Source: Prorocentrum cordatum (Eukaryota). From it: a stretch of DNA of 64,000 nt. Shown in pieces: positions 50,518 through 61,700 of this stretch (the stretch's first letter is position 1; each line of letters begins with the position of its first letter). The position numbers and the translations under genes were made by a program. The notes below the pieces were generated by a model. That model made no database searches, was not told the origin of the DNA, and saw only the letters and a list, made by a program, of their open reading frames with translations. Where the stretch lies: positions 2,170,001-2,234,000 of the forward strand of contig CAUYUJ010000002.1 of the NCBI GenBank assembly GCA_963575745.1, in the 5' to 3' direction.

Positions 50518-51860
50518 AAAATTAGCCTGGCGAAGGACCCAACCATATGCAACTGTGAATACCGCAAGTGTGAATATCGTTTTCGGCGGCGCTGCCTCTG
50601 GGCAGTGGAGACGCATGCGAACACCCCCACTGGGACCTTCGGTGGAGTTCCCCATGGGGCTACGAAGCGCTGCCCTGGGTGGGGGAACCGCATGCAGGCA
50701 GCCCCACTGGGGCCTTCGGTGGAGCTCCCTGTGGGGCCACGAAACGCTGCCCTGGGTGGGGGAACCGCATGCGGGCACCCCCACTGGGGCCTACGGTGGA
50801 GCTCCCTCTGGGGCTACGAAACGCTGCCCTGGGTGGGGGAACCGCATGAGGGCAGCCCCACTGGGGCCTACGGTGGAGCTCCCTCTGGGGCTACGAAACG
50901 CTGCCCTGGGTGGGGGAACCGCATGTGGACACCCCCACTGGGGCCTTCGGTGGAGCTCCCTCTGGGGCTACGAAACGCTGCCCTGGGTGGGGGAACCGCA
51001 TGTGGACACCCCCACTGGGGCCTTCGGTGGAGCTCCCTCTGGGGCTACGAAACGCTGCGTGGGGGAACCGCATGTGGACACCCCCACTGGGGCCTTCGGT
51101 GGAGCTCCCTATGGGGCTACGAAACGCTGCCCTGGGTGGGGGAACCGCATGCGAACACCCCCACTGGGGCCTTCGGTGGAGCTCCCTATGGGGCTACGAA
51201 ACGCTGCCCTGGGTGGGGGAACCGCATGCGAACACCCCCACTGGGGCCTTCGGTGGAGCTCCCTATGGGGCCACGAAACGCTGCCCTTGGTGGGGGAACC
51301 GCATGCGAACACCCCCACTGGGGCCTTCGGTGGAGCTCCCTATGGGGCTACGAAACGCTGCCCTGGGTGGGGGAACCGCATGTGGACACCCCCACTGGGG
51401 CCTTCGGTGGAGCTCCCTATGGGGCCACGAAACGCTGCCCTGGGTGGGGGAACGCATGTGGAACACCCCCACTGGGGCCTTCGGTGGAGCTCCCTATGGG
51501 GCCACGAAACGCTGCCCTGGGTGGGGGAACCGCATGCGAACACCCCCACTGGGGCCTTCGGTGGAGCTCCCTATGGGGCCACGAAACGCTGCCCTGGGTG
51601 GGGGAACCGCATGCGAACACCCCCACTGGGGCCTTCGGTGGAGCTCCCTATGGGGCCACGAAACGCTGCCCTGGGTGGGGGAACCGCATGCGAACACCCC
51701 CACTGGGGCCTTCGGTGGAGCTCCCTATGGGGCTACGAAACGCGTGAGAGGTGTGCCGAGAGCAGAGGCAAGGAGGGGGAGGAGGGAGGAGGAGAGGAAG
51801 GAGAGGAACGCGGGGCACCGTCTCTTCAAAACGAGGACCCAACACCACAGGATGGTTGGG
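50518..51860 (-). mobile_element. Helentron/DINE-1-like element copy B1 (~15 x 77-bp repeats)
   Basis: Subterminal inverted repeats CCCAACCAT (50538-50546) / ATGGTTGGG (51852-51860); terminal hairpin CCCAAC..GTTGGG; near-perfect 77-bp period. Confidence 0.8.
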
Positions 51861-52476
51861 AAATTAGCCTGCGAAGGACCCAACCATATGCAACTGTGAA
51901 TACCGCAAGTCTGAATATCGTTTTCGGCGGCGCCGCCTCTGGGCAGTGGAGACGCATGCGAACACCCCCACTGGGACCTTCGGTGGAGCTCCCTATGGGG
52001 CTACGAAACGCTGCCCTGGGTGGGGGAACCGCATGCAGGCAGCCCCACTGGGGCCTTCGGTGGAGCTCCCTGTGGGGCCACGAAACGCTGCCCTGGGTGG
52101 GGGAACCGCATGCGGGCACCCCCACTGGGGCCCCGGTGGAGCCCCTGGGTCACGAAACCTGACTGGTGGGGAACCGCATGCGGGACACCCCCACTTGGGC
52201 CTTCGGTGAGCCCCCTTCTGGGGCTACGAAACGCTGCCCTGGGTGGGGGAACCGCATGTGGACACCCCCACTGGGGCCTTCGGTGGAGCTCCCTATGGGG
52301 CTACGAAACGCTGCCCTGGGTGGGGGAACCGCATGTGGACACCCCCACTGGGGCCTTCGGTGGAGCTCCCTCTGGGGCTACGAAACGTTGCCCTGGGTGG
52401 GGGAACCGCATGTGGACACCCCCACTGGGGCCTTCGGTGGAGCTCCCTATGGGGCTACGAAACGCTGCCCTGGGTG

Positions 52477-52583
52477 TGTGAATGCCATCCAGATTTTAAT
52501 CCCTAGGTTCAGCGTTTGGAGAGTCCGACCGTTTCGCGTTCTGGCTCAAGGGAAAAACATCCCAGGGGCGATCTGCTGCCACA
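52477..52583 (+). repeat. 5' LTR (107 bp)
   Basis: TGTGAATGCC...CTGCCACA; identical to 62122-62228. Confidence 0.97.
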
Positions 52584-52585
52584 GT

Positions 52586-52602
52586 TGGTAGCGGAGCGGG
52601 GT
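52586..52602 (+). promoter_or_regulatory. Primer binding site, probably tRNA-iMet
   Basis: TGGTAGCGGAGCGGGGT 2 nt after the LTR; TGGTAGC matches the complement of eukaryotic initiator tRNA 3' ends. Confidence 0.8.
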
Positions 52603-52722
52603 GACCCCGCTTCGGGCCCATGGGAGCTCCGGCGCGGCGCTGAGGAGGCGCTGTCCAGGAAGCTCTCGAGCGCCCGGAGCGAGGACCTCGCTTCCAGGTC
52701 CGACTGGCGTGGAGATCCACGG

Positions 52723-55700
52723 ATGACGACGCGAGACGGCAAGGAGAAAGAGTCCCCAGCCGAGGCTCCAGCGAGCCCAGCCGCAGGGGACACGCTGGCA
52801 GCGGTCACACCGGCGCAGCTGAAAGAGATGATTGTGGGAGTAGTCCGCGAGACTATGGGAGCAGCATCATCGTCTCAGACGCCGGTGGCCGCGGCCACGA
52901 CAGCAGCAGAAGATCCCTGGTTACACGGCTGGACCGACAGCAGTGCCAAGGGAGATCGCCAGGAGGACCCGTGGAACTGGTCCGACGCTGCCGGCTGGCG
53001 CTGGGGAGGCGCTGAACGGCAGCAGGGGGGCGATCAAGGCGACAGCACGAACCAGGCCTGGGAGCACTGGACCGGCAGCAGCAGGGGCCATTTTGGCACC
53101 AGTGCCGGCGACTGGTGGGGATGGGCCGCCGGTGGCGGCAAAGGCGACTACTCTGATCCGCCGCCTTGGCCTGGTTTCGGACACTATCGACAGTGGAGCC
53201 GTGCTATCCGCAGATGGAGTCAGAATACCGACGTAGCGACATGGCGCCGGGCTGAAAAATTGTTCAAGCTCTTCGACTGGAACCTCCAGGCCAAGTTCGA
53301 GGATATACCCGAGAGTACGCTCAACAGCGCCTCGTGGCTGGAGGTCATCCTGCGCCGCATGGACACTATGGCTGGAGAGCGTGAGGGCGACGACCTACGA
53401 CGTGCTGGGCGCCGAGCCCTATATGAAGCAGCACGCGAGCCTCGAGAGACGCTGGTTCAGTATGTGATCCGCCGTGAGGCGCAGCTGACCGAGGCAGAGG
53501 GGCACGACATGTGGTTTAGCCCAAAGTTGAAGGGATTGCTTCTAGAGGAAGGCGCCGGATTGTCTGCTCAGGGTCAGCAAAATCTCAGAACCCTGACTCA
53601 CGGACGCCTGGACTACGATAGCGTGTCCTGGGCCCTCAGGCAGATGGACGCAACCAGTTCTGAGAGGCTTCTTCCAGGCCGTTCTGCAGGCACACTGTTA
53701 GCAGGTCCCGCGGCCGAAGAGCCCGGTGACGACGAGCGTGCCACAGCAGCATCTCAGCCTCCCTCCTCCACTCCCTCGTTCCCCGCTGGTAGGTTCGAAG
53801 GTGGTGAGGAGACAGGCGACGGCTCCACGGACCAGGAGGAAGTTGACGACGACTTCGAGGACGAAGCTGTCCTTCTCGAGGAGCTCGAGGATCTCGACCT
53901 CTACGAGGATCAGCTGGACGCCGCCCTCGAGGCTTTCGCGGCCCGCCCGACGGGACGCTCCTGGAAGGAGAACAAGGATCTCAAGCGCGCTGCCAAGCGC
54001 GACCGAGAATACTACGGAGGACGACGCCCAGCAGCCGGACCACGAGGAGCTACCGACAAACCCAAGGTGGAGCGCCCGTCTCCACCGTCCAAGGGTGCAG
54101 GTCGAGGCGACGGCCGTCGAGGAGATCGGCTCAGGCGCAGACCCACGCTCACCCTGGAGCAGAAGATGAAGGTGACCCGCTGTAGGACGCGCAACCAAAA
54201 GGGCCACTGGAGTCGGGAGTGCCCGAAGAACGCCGGAGCAGACCGACGCATGGCGGCATATGCATTCAACGGCATGGCATCGACCGACAAGGTGCTCAGT
54301 CCGGAGGCGATGGAGATCTGGAGGACCGTTCATCGAGAGATCAAGGAGGATGACACCTTCCTGGCATCGCTTCCGTGCCAAGGGCTGGTAGACCCTGGGG
54401 CAGGGAGTGATCTCGTCGGCGTCCAGGCTCTGAATCGAGAGTCACAAGCACTAGCAGAGCACGGTCTCAGATATGTTGAAGTTCCAGCCGAGCATAGACG
54501 ACATGTCGCCGCCCACGGCGTTGGTGGGCCGGCCAAGGTAGTAGCCAGCATCCTCTTTCCACTCTGTCTTTTCGGAGTTCTCGGAATAATCGAGACAGCA
54601 GTGCTAGCCGATGACGTCCCCCACATCATCAGCGTCAATCTTTTAGATTTTTTGGGCTGTGTTCTGGACCTACCCGAGAATACGTTGGCGTCCAGTAGGA
54701 TCGGAGAGACGACAAAGCTCACGAAGCTAGGATCAGGCCATAGAATGGCCGACATCGTGAGGACCCTTCGGCCAGGAACCTCTGTACCAGCTGGAGCGCT
54801 TCAGAGATGGCCGTTCCTCACAGCCAATTCGTTCGAATATTCTGGCGGCCCGGTGCAGCGCATGTCAGACACGGGTGTCGTGGGGCACTACATCTATCTC
54901 ATCATCTCATGTGCCCTTGGTCTGAGTATCGCGTTAAGAAGAACCCGCTCCCATAGAAGGGGCCCCTGGAACTCCGATTTCAAGGCCCACCTCAAGGACC
55001 CAGAGGCCCAGCAGACCACAGATCACGAGGACCCCGAAGACCTCCAGGGGGACGCTTGCGAGGAGTACACAAGGATAGCCGACACGGAGAACGTCCTCGG
55101 CTTCACAGGCCACTTAAGGATATACTCGACGGAGTTCGAGAGCAGTTGCGAGGACCTCTCGAGGACAGAGCAGTGCCAGGGTCAGTCCCGGGCTCAGCAG
55201 GGCCTAGCAGAACCAAATCGGGGCTTAGCGGAGTTCCGTCACACTAAGGTGATCCGGAGGGAGCTCGTCAAGGCTGAGGCCATAACTCGGACCCTGTCGA
55301 GAAACAGGATGTCACTCCATAGAAGCAGTATTCCTCAATGGGTCACGGCTCTTGCCTCCGTAGCCTTTCTCGGCTCGAAGCTTTCCAGCATCGACCACCC
55401 CGAGAGTATTGGTTCTCTTTCCAGTCAAGATCAGAGACAGGACAATGCCTCTAGTCCTGGCGACGCTGATGTTTCTCAGCACCACGGGCGTGGTCCGCGG
55501 AGGACCAAAGAAAGCTCCACCCGACCTCCCGTCAAAGGAGGAACGGGCCCGCCAGCTCCGAGAGCAGATTCGTCGGGTCCAGCAAGAATACGAGGAGCTA
55601 ACCAACGGGATGGAGAACGAGACGGGAGCGTATCAGCCGGAGACGGGAGCAGCCGCGGTCTCGAACCACTGGGTCGGCACCAGCAGCGGCAGCAGCTCGG

Positions 55701-58700
55701 GCGCAGCCGCAGCAGCGCCAGGGGCAGCAGCCGCGAGCTCAGGAGGTTGCGGACGGCCGAGCTGGCCTCAACAGCATCCGCAGATACAGAAGCCCATGCC
55801 GAAGGCATCGAAGGTTCCCTACAAGCCGCCTCCTCAGTGCGACCATCCCGCAGACCGGAGGCAGCCATACGGAAATCAGCACGGGCGAGGTTTCAAGTGC
55901 GGGCTGTGCGGCTACCGCCTGGAGTGGACGCCTCGGGAGCAGGAGGGCGGTGCTCCAGCCGAACGGCCCGAGTCGGCGGCTCAGGCAGCCCGTCGGGCCG
56001 CTGCCACGGCGGAGAAGACCATCCAGATGCTTCAGGAGAAAGAGGGTTTCGTCGACGGCGCAGCGACCCTCAACGCCGTGAACGGGATCTCGGCGATGAT
56101 GACGTCTCTCTCCCACCATCTTCAGAATCTACCCGAGGGACTGCAGCTACTGGCCAACATCCAGCCGGTCGTCGAGCAAATGCAGCAGCTGGTGGCATCC
56201 AATCAGATCGGCAGCAACAGCCAGCTGGAGGAGGGACTCAAGCAGGTGTACCAGTCGGTGGTCCACATCCAACGCATGCTAGGCGTCTTCGAGAATTTCG
56301 GGGAGTCCATCGACTCGATTGCCGATCAGTTGACCGCGATGCAGCTCGAGACAACGTCGATGCACCAGGCAGTCGATCACATGCTGAATCTTTTAGTGCA
56401 GGTAGCATCATCTGTCACCGCAATGGCGCATGCGATGAATCAGCACGCAATGGCCAGCTCCAGCAGCGGGAGCGGCTGGCAGAGTGGAGATCCGTGGACT
56501 CCCACGGCACCAGCCTGGACGGCGCCTCTAGCGCAGCCGCCGGCCAAGACGCCTCCTGCCAAGCCGTTCCCAGCTCAGGCGACGGAGATCTGTTCGATCC
56601 CAGAGGGTTCAGAGGAGGAGGACACGACCTCCTCCACTACCACATCGGTCGGCACGTGGGACTTGGTGTAGATCAGTCCCCTTGCCATTGCTACTCTCGC
56701 CACAGGGCGAGGGATTCCCAGTCACGACGCATGTGCGTCGCCGGCTCTTTTACTGCCGGCTCTTGCGAAAGAAAAGAAAGAGAGGAAGGCCCTCCAGAAC
56801 ACCAAGGGGGCCTCGGGAGCTTCCCTGTAGGTTTCCCAGTCTTTCGGGCCGAGTCGAACGGGGCCTACGCCACGGCTGGACGGGGCTCGAAAACCACGGA
56901 GGACGGCCTTCTCGAGAGTTGGATTGATGGTGATCTTTTTAACGACGATCACGAGTCGGCCTGGGGACCCAAGGTTCGGAGAGCTCTCGACAGGCAACTC
57001 GAGACCCACGGGTGCCCGTCCTCGGGAGCTTTCAGCGCGAGACAGGCCACCAAGGCCAAGACCTCGTTCATGGAGGTCTTCTCTCCCCCTCGTATAGCCC
57101 CCGAGGTGGAAAAGAGAGGGGGGCGTCTGGGTTCGAGTGCGAGTTTCGACAGGCTGACGGGATGGGACTCGGGGATCAAAGAACACGTTCGGCACCTCTG
57201 GAGGGAAATCAAGAAGAACGATCCCGAAACGATATGGCTTAGCTCTGAGTGCAAGGTCTTTTCCGCGATCAACAGGATCAATCGAGATCGCCGCGATCCC
57301 CAAAGGTGGCACCAGCAAGTCCTCGAGGGTCTCAGAGATCTCACGTTGTGCATGGAAATAGCTAAATATCAACACTCGAGAGGCAGGTTCTTTGTCTTTG
57401 AACATCCCCTGTACGCCAGCTCGTGGCACACTGAGGTCGTCCAGCTGATATCCTCTCTCCCCTCTGTCAGACGACTAAGGGTAGATATGTGCGCTTTCGA
57501 GCTACGGGTGGACGACCGTGGCCTCAACAAGAAGCCTACCGGTCTGCTGACAAACCATCCTAGGATCTTGTCTTTGTTGGACGGGAAGCTGTGCACAGGG
57601 GGCCACAGACACGCCATTCTTGAGGGAAGCCGTCAGACCTCCAGGGCTGCCGTTTACTCAAGTAAATTTGTGAGGACTGCCGCGAGAGCCATTGTTGAGC
57701 ACTGGAGCGGGTCTGACGAAAAGGTCAGGCCTACGTGGGCCCAGCTGGTTGACGAAAGCTTCCCTACGATAATGGCAGGAGAAGGTCTGGGAACCATCCC
57801 TGAGGAAGAGGAAGTCGGAGGAAGTGAAGCGAGCGATGGTGACGAACCCGAGACCAGGCCACAGCAAAACTCCAAGAGTGCCGAGATTCCAGACGAAGAA
57901 CCCAACGAGGACGAAAAGAGACTCCTGTATAAGATTCACGTGAACATGGGGCATCCCGACTCACGCAAATTTTGTCGGGTGCTCAGGGCTGGGGGAGTCA
58001 AAGCTCATTTAATCCGGTGGGTCCGCCATAAGTTCCAGTGTTCCGAGTGTGAAGAGAGGAGCAAGCAGGGCACGCACCGACGGGTTGCGCTGCCTCGCAC
58101 TTTTCGTTTCAACCACATAGTTGGTGTGGATCTCTTTTACCTGGAGTTCCTGGGCCAAGCGGTTCCTTTTCTTAATGTCGTCGACCACGGGTCGAACCTT
58201 CAGGTCTGCACCCGCGTGGCGGACGCCAGAGCGGCCACGGTGTGGTCGGGGTTTGTGCAGTCCTGGATTAGACCCCTCGGGGCTCCCCACCTTCTCATCT
58301 CGGATGGAGGCTCCGAGTTCGGGGGTCGTTTCGCCAGAGGACTGGAACACTGGGGGGTCAAGCACCATGTGTGTGACGCCGATTCTCCGTGGCAAAATGG
58401 GAGAGTCGAGCGCCACGGGGGATGGATAAAAGAACGTGCGCGCCAGGAAATTGACTCGGGTCCTGGGGCCCCGGTGTCGTTGGAGGAGCTGGATACCCTC
58501 GTGTACGAGCTGACTGCTCACAAGAACAGATTTTGGCACAGAGGGGGCTTTTCCCCGTTGCAGTTGGTCTTTGGGGAAAATCCCAGACTCCCACACGAGT
58601 TGCTCTCTGACGACGCCTCTGGTCTCCCGGGCTGGCAGGACCTGACTCGCAATCCAGCAGAGCTGGACGAAGCTGGCGCTGAGTTCTGCCGTGCTCAGGA

Positions 58701-61700
58701 AATCAGAGCGGCGGCCAGAAGGCTCGCTATGGAAGCCACGGCCAGAGAAAAGATCAGCAAGGCTTCCCGCGCCAGGAATCCCAACCCCAGGAGCTACACA
58801 CCTGGCCAGTGGGTGTACGTTTGGCGCCACATGGCGAGAGCCACTTCCCGGGCCGACAGTCTCGGAAGACGTCGAGACGGCTGGTGCGGTCCTGGGGTGG
58901 TGGTCCTGGCCGAGGGCGGAACCGTGTGGGTGGCCGTCCGGGCCCGGCTGTGGAAATGTTCGGCGGAACAGATCCGCCTCGCCAGCCCAGAAGAAGAGTA
59001 CGGTATACAGCTTGCCCAATCCCCGCAGTGGCAAGAACTGATGCGTCAGGCCCACACTCGGAGGGCCACGGCCGTCGACGTCCAGAGAGAAGGACCTCCT
59101 CCCGAAGACGCTTGGGACGATGCCATTCGGAGAGAGTTGGATTCGGGCCCTCAGCTCCCCGGGGCACCGTGTCCTCCCGTTCGAGAGGAAGTCCCTGCTC
59201 CAGAGACGCGACGTACCGACGGAACGCCCGATACCTCCGGTCCCCCTCCGACTCCCGGAGTGATCCCCCGACGCAGCCCCAGAGAGGCTCCGTCAGAGAA
59301 TGGATCCATGGAGGCGCAGGCGGGATCAGAGGTGACGAGGGTCCCGTCCACCGGAGGGCCCGAGGAAAGCTCAGGCAGATCGTCTCCCCACGGAGGCAGC
59401 GCATCTGGGCATGAAGTGAGGAGCGAAGAGGCTGAACCTACCCACACCCCTGCTCTCGCTCCCTCTGAGTCTCCCGACATTCCCCTTGACGAGGGGCGAG
59501 AAATCGAGGATCTTGAAAGAGATCACCCGGAGTCACGGCTGGAATCGCCTCAGGAACATGCGCGAGGGCCGGTCACCCAGGCTCCGAGACCGAGAAGACT
59601 CGCCCAGCCCCAGGACGTTCCCGCTTGCATTTTAAGATCTCGCAGCGGCAGAGCTGCCAGCGAGCCTCCCGACAAAAGGGTGAGGATTGAACCACCCCCT
59701 GGCCTCTCGGAACCATCCACCTCTCGTCCCGTTGATCCTTCCTCCTCCTCCTCCTCCGCCACCAGAGTTCAGGAGATTCAGGGCGGCACCGAGCCACGCC
59801 GAAGTGTGAGTGAGATAGTCAAGGCTCTGGAAGCGGGACGCCGACCAGAACGTTCGAGGTCTCCGCCCAGAGAGCCAGAGAGGAGAGAGGAGCAGGAGGA
59901 GGAGGATTTCTTTTTGGTACCGGCTGGAGAGGCCGGGTCTGGTCTTCAGGCCAAGACCAGGGAGCAGCTTGGAGAGACCTACGCTGCCAGTAGAGGAGGA
60001 GAGGTCTCGTTTAAAAACCTCACTCCGGCCGAGCGGGCCAAGTTTCAGGCATCAGACGATAAGGAGTGGAAGTCCATGGTCGAGTCGGGAGCGGTGGAGG
60101 TCCTGGGGCCGAAGGAGGCGGAAGTCGTGCGGAAGGAATGTCCGGACCGGATCATCTCTAGCAGGATGGTCCGCAGGTGGAAGCCGGTAGAAGGTATTTT
60201 CAAAGAACCCGAAGCAAAGTCCCGTTGGTGCGTACACGGTCACAAGGATCCCGACGCCGGATCTCTGCAGGTGTATTCCCCGACACCGCAAACGTCAAGC
60301 ATCACCTTGTTCGTGCAGGTTCTCATGAACCTTGGCATGAGGGCTGATATCGCCGACGTGAAAAATGCTTTTTGCCAATCCGACAAGATGGTGAGGTCCC
60401 AGGGAGAGATCTTCGTTGAACCGTGTGATGGCGTCCACCTTCCGGCAGGCTCCATCATACGCCTCAAGGTTAACGTGTACGGCCTCGACGATGCCCCAGT
60501 AGCATGGAGACGAACTGTCGTGTCATTTCTAGAACAACAAGGGTTTTCTCGGACACTACTGGAACCGTGTTGGTGGTGTCGTTATGGGTCGAAAGGGGAG
60601 TTGCTAAATATGATCCTGCTGGAGGTCGATGACTTCTTCATTGGGAGCCTCACGGAAGAGAGTCGGAAGTGGTTTCGAGAGCGCCTTGAATCAAGATTCC
60701 GTTTCGGAAAATACAGGGACTGTCACGCAGGGCCAGTTGACTACGCTGGCAGACGGGTGACTATAGGCCCGAACCGGGCCACTATCGACATGGAAAAATA
60801 CATTATGGAAGAACTTCGGCCTATCTCTCTTGCCAAAGGTAGGCTTGCTGCCCGGGACACTCCTTTGGAAGACAGCGAGTTCAAGGCACTACGCTCTCTT
60901 GTTTTTAAGTTTAACTGGATAGGACGGGAAGCTCGTCCGGAGGCTTCAGGACCAGCAAGCATTCTCGCTAGTCGTCTCAAGGCAGCCACCACGGGAGACA
61001 TCAGTCTGGCCAACAAGCTTGTCAAGCATCTCAGGGCCACCGCTTCCCGTGGTATCATCGTGTGGAGGCTCGATCCCGAACGTATGTCCTTCGCCTCGTT
61101 CTCAGATGCGGGGGGCATAGGAGGTCCTAGTTTAGACGGCGAACGGGGTCTCCCAGAGGATCCCACACAGGGCGCTTGGATGGTATTGGCCTGCGACAAG
61201 AGCATCGCCGAGAATCGTTGCGTCAAGGCGTCAATTCTAGGATGGCGCATCTCCAAGTTGCGCCGTAAAGTACCATCCACTCTGGCTGGCGAGACACAAG
61301 CTCTGGCCGCAGCTATTGCTGAGGTAGAATACCTCCAGATACTGTATCGTGATGTGGTTTTCAGAGATGTGACTATACGAGATCAGCACAGATGCTCAGG
61401 CCCATTTACAACAGTACTACGTCGTGAGTGCCGTTTGGGCGCTCGAGAGGGCCAGATTCATATCGTAGACGCAAAATCTATATACGATACTATGCTCAAG
61501 GAGGGTAACGCCAGTGCGAAAGACCGCCGTACGGCGATCGATTTAGCTATCATATGTGAGGCTCTGGAACAGGCATCAGGACGTATCCGCTGGATACCCC
61601 ACGGGAGGATGCCCGTAGATGCGCTCACTAAAGACGACGTGACCAAGTGCAATGCTGCACTGTTCGATTTGATGACCAGCGGGAGGATAGTATTGGTGGA

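Noticed and set aside
50597..52476. 77-bp array as a CRISPR array
   Set aside because: Units are contiguous with only a ~10-nt slot drawn from a few recurring variants; no unique spacers, no cas genes, eukaryotic context.
52516..52722. Polyprotein start at 52516
   Set aside because: This is a TTG inside the 5' LTR, upstream of the PBS; the first in-frame ATG is 52723.
58009..59055. Antisense ORFs within the retrotransposon pol
   Set aside because: Expected shadow of GC-rich coding sequence; no protein-like features.
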